A DNA stretch of 64,000 nt from the IMG/VR virus record IMGVR_UViG_3300027710_000025, positions 7,314 to 71,313 of that record; one strand, given 5' to 3'. Made by a program: the position numbers and the translations under genes. Source of the DNA: a virus. Shown piece by piece: positions 58,075 through 64,000 of the stretch; the stretch's first letter is position 1, and every line of letters begins with the position of its first letter. Under the pieces are notes generated by a model that made no database searches, had not been told where the DNA came from, and saw only the letters and a list, made by a program, of their open reading frames with translations.

Positions 58075-59175
58075 ATGAGCAAAGAACAATATAACTTATC
58101 AAAACAAACAAACTACTTAAAGCGTACAATGTTTTTGGATCCTGCTGGTCCAGTTACTGTACAGCGTTTCGAAGAAGTCAAATATCCTAAGATTGCCAAG
58201 TACGAAGAATTAGCACGTGGCTTCTTTTGGGTACCAGAAGAAATCAGTCTTACTAAAGACAAGATGGATCACAAGGAAGCTAGTGATGCAGTCAAGCATA
58301 TCTTTACCAGTAACCTACTAAGGCAGACAGCATTGGACAGTATTCAAGGTCGTGCTCCTAATCAAGTGTTCCAACCTGTAATTAGTTTGCCAGAACTAGA
58401 AGCATTAGTCAGCAACTGGAGTTTCTTTGAAACAAATATTCACTCAAAGAGCTACAGTCATATTATTAGGAACGTATATGGAGTACCTAAAGACGAGTTT
58501 AACAAAATTCACGACACAGCTGAAATTGTTGGCATGGCTGCTAACATTGGTCGTTACTATGAGGATCTTCATCAGCTTAACTGCCGTAAAGAGTTGGGAG
58601 AGACAATTGACACTATGGTGCATAAACGAGCCATATGGATGGCACTACACGCAAGCTATGCACTGGAGGCTCTACGCTTCATGGTGAGTTTTGCCACTAG
58701 CCTGGCAATGGTAGAAAACAAAATCTACATCGGCAACGGCAACATCATCAGCTTGATCCTACAAGACGAGCTATTGCACACAGAGTGGACTGCTTGGTTG
58801 ATCAACAATGTGACCAAAGATGATCCCGACTTTGTCAAACTAGAACAAGAATGTGCGGCCGAAGTGTATGCATTGTACTTAGAAGTTATTCGTGAAGAAA
58901 AAGAATGGGCTGAGTTCTTATTCAAGAAAGGTGTGGTTATCGGATTGAACGCTAACATCTTAAAAGACTTTGTGGACTACACAGCATTTACCCGTCTAAA
59001 AGAAATTGGTATCAAGTACTTAGAGGATCATCCTAAGTTCAGTCCTATTCCTTGGTTTAACAAACATGTGAACATCAATAAGAAGCAGACTGCACTACAG
59101 GAAAATGAATCAACTAACTATGTCATCGGCGTAATGTCAGACACAGTTGAGTACGAAGAACTACCTGATCTTTAA
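58075..59175 (+). CDS. nrdB: class Ia ribonucleotide reductase beta subunit
   Basis: FWVPEE, LDSIQ, ETNIHSKSY, EALRF, DELLH. Confidence 0.96.
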   Translation: MSKEQYNLSKQTNYLKRTMFLDPAGPVTVQRFEEVKYPKIAKYEELARGFFWVPEEISLTKDKMDHKEASDAVKHIFTSNLLRQTALDSIQGRAPNQVFQPVISLPELEALVSNWSFFETNIHSKSYSHIIRNVYGVPKDEFNKIHDTAEIVGMAANIGRYYEDLHQLNCRKELGETIDTMVHKRAIWMALHASYALEALRFMVSFATSLAMVENKIYIGNGNIISLILQDELLHTEWTAWLINNVTKDDPDFVKLEQECAAEVYALYLEVIREEKEWAEFLFKKGVVIGLNANILKDFVDYTAFTRLKEIGIKYLEDHPKFSPIPWFNKHVNINKKQTALQENESTNYVIGVMSDTVEYEELPDL

Positions 59176-59190
59176 TTTCACCAAAACACA

Positions 59191-59218
59191 AAAAGGCCTT
59201 GACTATGGGGCCTTTTTT
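59191..59218 (+). terminator. intrinsic terminator
   Basis: AGGCCTT..GGGGCCT followed by a T tract. Confidence 0.8.
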
Positions 59219-59249
59219 CGTCTAAACTTAACACAAAGGAACTATAACT

Positions 59250-59486
59250 ATGAAAGTAACCGTATGGAGTAAAACACCCTGTCCTATTTGTGACCAGGCT
59301 AAAGCATTGTTAAAACAGCGTGGCATTGACTACGAAGAACGCAATATTACTGAAGGTACATGGACTAAAGAACAACTACTAGAAGCTGTACCTAACGCAA
59401 GAACTGTGCCACAGATTTTTATTAACGAACAACTAGTAGGCGGATTTAATGAGCTCAGAAACCATCTCCAAAATCAAACCAGTTGA
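59250..59486 (+). CDS. glutaredoxin
   Basis: CPIC, TVPQIF, VGG. Confidence 0.93.
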   Translation: MKVTVWSKTPCPICDQAKALLKQRGIDYEERNITEGTWTKEQLLEAVPNARTVPQIFINEQLVGGFNELRNHLQNQTS

Positions 59487-59913
59487 GTATCAATGGGGTG
59501 GTGATGATCTAACTATGAACGTTGGATTTTCTGCACAAGAAATTGACGATTTGTTAAAAACAACAATGACTTCTTCAATAGGAGCCCAAGGCTCACAGTA
59601 TACAATATCTACCGGTGCAGGTGCTAATGGGACTTGGAACGCCAGTCCCTATATCTACACTACTAACAACACAAGTGCAGTAAACGTTTCGAGTGCAGGA
59701 TTACACGTTACCAGTGATGCCGAGTTTGACGGAGATATCAAATGGAAGGGGCGTAGTCTCGGAGACTTGCTAACTACTATCGAAAAAAGACTATCTATCC
59801 TAACTCCAGATCCTGCTAAACTAGAACACTTTGAAGCACTGCAAAAAGCATACAAGCACTACAAGACTCTAGAAGCCCTGTGCGAACTACCAACTAAGAA
59901 AGAAGAAAAATGA
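59449..59913 (+). CDS. hypothetical protein
   Basis: 154 aa; start uncertain. Confidence 0.65.
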   Translation: MSSETISKIKPVEYQWGGDDLTMNVGFSAQEIDDLLKTTMTSSIGAQGSQYTISTGAGANGTWNASPYIYTTNNTSAVNVSSAGLHVTSDAEFDGDIKWKGRSLGDLLTTIEKRLSILTPDPAKLEHFEALQKAYKHYKTLEALCELPTKKEEK

Positions 59914-60581
59914 AAGTTAAATTAGTATCATCTAGCAGACCAAGTCGTGGGATGTATGACGAAGGATTGACAGATGTTCAGGAGCTCATTGCCTTTTGTG
60001 CTCGTGTTAGCAATCCTGCTAATCAATACAATATGGACACAGCTGACAAGCTGATCCGGTATCTAGTCAAGCACAAACATTGGAGCCCACTTGAAATGGT
60101 ATCGGCTTGTCTTGAGATTGAAACTACTCGCGATATTGCTCGTCAAATCCTACGTCATCGTAGTTTCAGCTTTCAAGAGTTTAGTCAACGTTACGCCGAT
60201 CCTACAAAGGACTTAGACTTTGTTCTTCGCGATGCTCGCCTGCAAGATACAAAGAATCGTCAAAACAGTGTGCTGACTGATAATCGTGAATTGATTATTG
60301 AATGGAATCGTAGACAACAGGCAGTGATTGATTTAGTCAAGGAAAATTATGCTTGGGCTATTGAGAACGGCATTGCCAAAGAGCAGGCTCGTGCAATCCT
60401 CCCAGAAGGTAACACAGTTAGCCGTTTGTATATGAATGGTACCCTGCGTAGTTGGGTACACTTTATTGAACTGCGTAGCGGAAACGGAACTCAGTTAGAA
60501 CATATGGAAGTTGCTCGCGAGTGTGCTAAAGTTATCTCCGAGATATTCCCAATGGTGACAGAATATGTCCAGTCCCAGTGA
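59910..60581 (+). CDS. thyX: FAD-dependent thymidylate synthase
   Basis: HWSPLE, RHRSFSFQEFSQRY. Confidence 0.96.
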   Translation: MKVKLVSSSRPSRGMYDEGLTDVQELIAFCARVSNPANQYNMDTADKLIRYLVKHKHWSPLEMVSACLEIETTRDIARQILRHRSFSFQEFSQRYADPTKDLDFVLRDARLQDTKNRQNSVLTDNRELIIEWNRRQQAVIDLVKENYAWAIENGIAKEQARAILPEGNTVSRLYMNGTLRSWVHFIELRSGNGTQLEHMEVARECAKVISEIFPMVTEYVQSQ

Positions 60582-60957
60582 CACACTGAAAAAGTTTGCA
60601 GCTGAACACAACATTCGAGTCATCGACTCGAATAAACGTGCCTACAAACATACTCGTGCCAATGTAAACCTATTTCATTATGAGACTGACTATAATAAGT
60701 TTTATCAAGAGCATATAACTTTTGAAACTGAAACTCTTTACACAGTTGAGATCAGTGAAAGTGAATTAGAACGCATTGCTGAGTTTGAAAGCCAGGTGTT
60801 CAACAATATGAAAAGTAAGGGTCATTATAATATGTTTGAAACCCTTATGGAACAGAAAGAACGTGAGCGAGCACTGCGTGATACATATCCAGCAGTTCGT
60901 AAAGCGTACGAACAATATAGTCTAATGTTAAAATTAGCACAATCAGGAGAAATATAA
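60565..60957 (+). CDS. hypothetical protein
   Basis: 130 aa. Confidence 0.7.
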   Translation: MSSPSDTLKKFAAEHNIRVIDSNKRAYKHTRANVNLFHYETDYNKFYQEHITFETETLYTVEISESELERIAEFESQVFNNMKSKGHYNMFETLMEQKERERALRDTYPAVRKAYEQYSLMLKLAQSGEI

Positions 60958-61245
60958 ATGTTAATCGAAAAACCAATGTCCGAAGGGGACGTAGTCAGTA
61001 TTAAGTTAATCAACGGTGATGAACTAATTGCACGTTTAGAAAAGGATGATCATCAAGGTTATACTATCAATAGACCGCTAGCACTCACAATGAGCGGTGG
61101 TGGCCTGGGTATGATTCCTTGGGTATTCCTTGGTGCTAAAGAAACAATGACTCTAAAAAGGGAACATGTGTTTATTGTGATGACCGCTAAGAAAGAAGCA
61201 GCAGATCAGTATATGCAAGGAACTACCGGTATTGCATTGGTGTAA
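60958..61245 (+). CDS. small Sm-like-fold hypothetical protein
   Basis: GDVVSIKLINGDELIARL; AGGAG SD. Confidence 0.55.
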   Translation: MLIEKPMSEGDVVSIKLINGDELIARLEKDDHQGYTINRPLALTMSGGGLGMIPWVFLGAKETMTLKREHVFIVMTAKKEAADQYMQGTTGIALV

Positions 61246-61266
61246 ATAATAGTTTAGGATATTATT

Positions 61267-62088
61267 ATGCCATATGTACCAGGTGCAGGAGTCCACGGAG
61301 TAGTACACGTTGCTGACGTGTATCGTAGCCCTAATGTTTTTACAAATAATGTTGCAACAGCGTTATGGCTAGAAGCTGGGACCAGTGCAGGATTCGTTGG
61401 TATTACTATCAATGCACCTCCGGCATTAGATCCAGCAGAAGCTGCTGCGGCGGTTGATCTTACCACTGCCTATACCAGCAACCCTGACAGCTTCTATAAT
61501 GCAGAAGCAGCTAATTCTGGAGTGAAGGGCAACTATCCAGGTACTCCAGAAGATACTACTACTTCTACTGGAATTACAGATGTTGCTACTGCTTCGGGCA
61601 TTGTGCCTTTCTTAGCTGCAACTTTAGAAGAAGCAGGTCGAGGTATGTGGCGTGAGTCGGGGCAAAGTGGTGGCACCAGCAACAAAAACATTCTTAAAGT
61701 TTGGCAAGCACTGGGCTTTACTGGAAGTCCCTGGAACACTGATCAAACAGCATGGTGTATGGGATTTGTTAACTTTGCATTAAAGTGCTCAGGCAAGAAG
61801 TATGTTCAAACAGCCAGTGCTAAAGCAATTAAACAAAATCCCGAACGGTGGGGTGCAGTACAGGTTACGCCAGCAACTGCACAACCGGGAGATATTGTGC
61901 TTTGGAAATTCAGTCATGTTAATTTTATCTACACCCTGAACAACGGCAAAGCAACCTTTGTGGGAGGTAATCAAACTCCTTCATCTGGTAAGAACAATAA
62001 TCCTAGTGACGGCGACGTTACTATTAGTTGGCCAGCAGGAACTCCATTAACTAATTCATCAATTGACAGTATCTGGCGAGTAGCCTAA
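61267..62088 (+). CDS. CHAP/NlpC-P60-like (TIGR02594-type) peptidoglycan hydrolase, probably virion-associated
   Basis: AWCMGFV..PGDIV..SHV.F..GGNQ; TAAATA upstream. Confidence 0.8.
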   Translation: MPYVPGAGVHGVVHVADVYRSPNVFTNNVATALWLEAGTSAGFVGITINAPPALDPAEAAAAVDLTTAYTSNPDSFYNAEAANSGVKGNYPGTPEDTTTSTGITDVATASGIVPFLAATLEEAGRGMWRESGQSGGTSNKNILKVWQALGFTGSPWNTDQTAWCMGFVNFALKCSGKKYVQTASAKAIKQNPERWGAVQVTPATAQPGDIVLWKFSHVNFIYTLNNGKATFVGGNQTPSSGKNNNPSDGDVTISWPAGTPLTNSSIDSIWRVA

Positions 62089-62594
62089 TGAAACAAAAAT
62101 TTATCGATATGTACATGGACTGGGCAGATCGTACTGCTCAACTTAGTCACGCTAAGAGATTGCAAGTAGGTGCAGTCATTGTAAAAGATGACTCAGTTAT
62201 CAGCTACGGCTACAATGGTATGCCCGCAGGTTGGGACAATGACTGCGAAAACCGTGTATGGGACAAGGGTGCAGGCGGTTGGCTAAGTCCAGAAGAGTTT
62301 GAAGAACAGTATCCTTATGAAGGATGGCACGAGGGTGCTCAACGCAATGTACGTTACGGACTAAAAACTAAACCAGAGGTACTACATGCTGAATCCAATG
62401 CAGTTGCGAAGTTGGCCAAGTCAAGCCAAAGCGGCAGTGATGCTAGTATTTTTATCACTCATGCTCCTTGTTTGGATTGTGCCAAACTTATATACCAAGG
62501 CGGCATATCTAGCGTATACTATCGCAATAGTTATAGGGACATGGCCGGAGTCGAGTTCCTAGAAAAATCCGGCGTCGACGTAAAGAAAATATAA
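62088..62594 (+). CDS. dCMP deaminase
   Basis: GYNG, HAESNA, PCLDC. Confidence 0.93.
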   Translation: MKQKFIDMYMDWADRTAQLSHAKRLQVGAVIVKDDSVISYGYNGMPAGWDNDCENRVWDKGAGGWLSPEEFEEQYPYEGWHEGAQRNVRYGLKTKPEVLHAESNAVAKLAKSSQSGSDASIFITHAPCLDCAKLIYQGGISSVYYRNSYRDMAGVEFLEKSGVDVKKI

Positions 62595-63830
62595 ATGAAG
62601 AAAATTTTAGTAGTCGGCGTCGGCACGGCTGGTATTATAACTCTAGGTCAGATGGCTTCCTCCCTAGATGACAATTGGGAAATACATTCTGTGTATGATC
62701 CTAATATCCCAATTTTAGGGGTAGGAGAAGCAACTAGCACTAATGCACCGTTAGCATTCTTTAAAGGCCTAGGATTTAACATGGCCTATGACGCAGAGAG
62801 ATTAAGTGCAACATTCAAGTACGGTGTTCGGTATACCAACTGGAGAGAGCACACTTTTGATAGCTTAATCTTACCGCCAAACTATGCTATACATTTTGAT
62901 AATACAAAATTGAAAGAAGTTGGGTTCGAACGATTAAAAGAACGTTACCCAAATAAATTTAAATCGTTTGAAGGTACAGTTGAGTACATGAAGAACATAG
63001 ACAACGGTGTTGAAGTTAAGATCAACAATAGTATTCATGTGTATGATTATGTAGTTGATTGTGGAGGGTTTCCTAAAGACTACACAGGCTACACTATGGT
63101 AGACCTTCCTATTAATCATGCATTAGTTGCAGCAGTACATAAAGAAGGTGACTGGAACTATACACATCATTGGGCACATCGGAATGGCTGGATGTTTGGC
63201 ATTCCTTTACAACATCGTCAGGGGTGGGGATATCTTTATAATGATACTATTACTTCTAAGGAAGATGCACTAGCGGACATGGCCAGTATTATTAAAGTTC
63301 CAAAAGAAGATATAAAGTTTAGAGAATATACTTTTAAACCATATCATGCATCTGAAAACTTAATAGATGGTCGAATTCTTAAAAACGGTAATAGGTACAT
63401 GTTCTTTGAGCCAATGGAAGCATTGTCCATGGAATATTATGTGAGATTGAATGTAGAGTACATTAAACTTATAAATGGGGAAACTAGTAGACAGAAGATT
63501 ATTAATAATACTCTTTTTGAAGTCAACGGATTAATTTCATTCTACAGATATATGTATCACGGCGGTTCGATCTACGATACAGACTTTTGGAGAATAACAA
63601 AAGAAAATACTCGAAATCATTTATTAGCTGATAAACAATTTCTAAAGATGTTGGCATTTTATAATGATAATGCACACAGACCTGATGTTTCGACTGCAAT
63701 GACTATTCAACCGTTCTTTGCTTATACATGGGAACAGTTTGATAAAAATTTAGGTTATAATTATTTCAAACAGGTAAAGAAAGAAATTACTAAACCAAAA
63801 GTAAAAATACCCGGGTTACTATTTGGTTGA
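62595..63830 (+). CDS. tryptophan-halogenase-like flavoprotein
   Basis: GVGTAG, GVGEAT, ATFK, WMFGIP, FFEPMEA. Confidence 0.8.
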   Translation: MKKILVVGVGTAGIITLGQMASSLDDNWEIHSVYDPNIPILGVGEATSTNAPLAFFKGLGFNMAYDAERLSATFKYGVRYTNWREHTFDSLILPPNYAIHFDNTKLKEVGFERLKERYPNKFKSFEGTVEYMKNIDNGVEVKINNSIHVYDYVVDCGGFPKDYTGYTMVDLPINHALVAAVHKEGDWNYTHHWAHRNGWMFGIPLQHRQGWGYLYNDTITSKEDALADMASIIKVPKEDIKFREYTFKPYHASENLIDGRILKNGNRYMFFEPMEALSMEYYVRLNVEYIKLINGETSRQKIINNTLFEVNGLISFYRYMYHGGSIYDTDFWRITKENTRNHLLADKQFLKMLAFYNDNAHRPDVSTAMTIQPFFAYTWEQFDKNLGYNYFKQVKKEITKPKVKIPGLLFG

Positions 63831-63896
63831 CCATAAATAATATTGCCTGTTAAGCATCTGGACATAGTCCAGCTAGACATGTTAGGCGAGGACTTC

Positions 63897-63925
63897 TTGA
63901 CAGCCTCGTCAAAATGCAGTATAAT
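63897..63925 (+). promoter_or_regulatory. sigma70 promoter
   Basis: TTGACA-17-TATAAT. Confidence 0.85.
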
Positions 63926-63931
63926 TTAAGT

Positions 63932-63996
63932 TAAGATTGTATGAAGTAGATTGAAAAGGATTCAAGACGCGGGGGCAGTGCCCGCCAGGTCCACCA
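63932..63996 (+). ncRNA. ssrA: acceptor piece of a probable permuted (two-piece) tmRNA
   Basis: GAC-GCGGG-GGCAGTG-CCCGC-CAGGTCC-ACCA: T-arm, acceptor 3' strand with U70 and A73, CCA; no matching 5' strand upstream. Confidence 0.7.
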
Positions 63997-64000
63997 AAAG

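Noticed and set aside
54359-59175. Introns or inteins in nrdA/nrdB
   Set aside because: Both ORFs are continuous and of normal length with intact motifs
63845-63890. Hairpin after the halogenase-like gene as a separate RNA
   Set aside because: Short imperfect stem-loop with too little evidence; could be a terminator or processing site

Overview
This is a 64-kb segment of a large tailed-phage genome in the standard genetic code, probably a T4-related jumbo myovirus. The Bug/TctC, IF-1, IscU and ErpA genes suggest a proteobacterial host, most likely Burkholderiales (inference). Layout: (1) 1-5400 is a minus-strand 'early' region of short ORFs, many with their own near-perfect sigma70 promoter, plus tRNA-Ile(CAU) and two unannotated, strongly structured non-coding RNA candidates (about 1040-1213 and 4091-4336). 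(2) 5400-5850 is a non-coding strand-switch region carrying a repeated TACAACGGGGTC motif. (3) 6100-26000 is a plus-strand block of glycosyltransferases, three radical-SAM enzymes, 2OG-Fe(II) hydroxylases, a methyltransferase and a PMM around small virion-like genes. (4) Next come DNA ligase, IF-1 and an HNH nuclease. (5) 30.6-42 kb holds collagen-like, Mtd_N and LamG tail-fibre genes. (6) A desaturase, an esterase and a block of probable head/internal proteins with T4-like capsid-targeting N-termini follow. (7) Then nrdA-erpA-iscU-aldolase-nrdB-grx-thyX-dCMP deaminase and a halogenase-like gene. (8) At the right edge is the acceptor piece of an apparently circularly permuted tmRNA. A T4-like late motif (TAAATA) often lies 4-7 nt before an ATG with no SD, implying widespread leaderless mRNAs. 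All calls come from reading motifs by eye; no searches were run.
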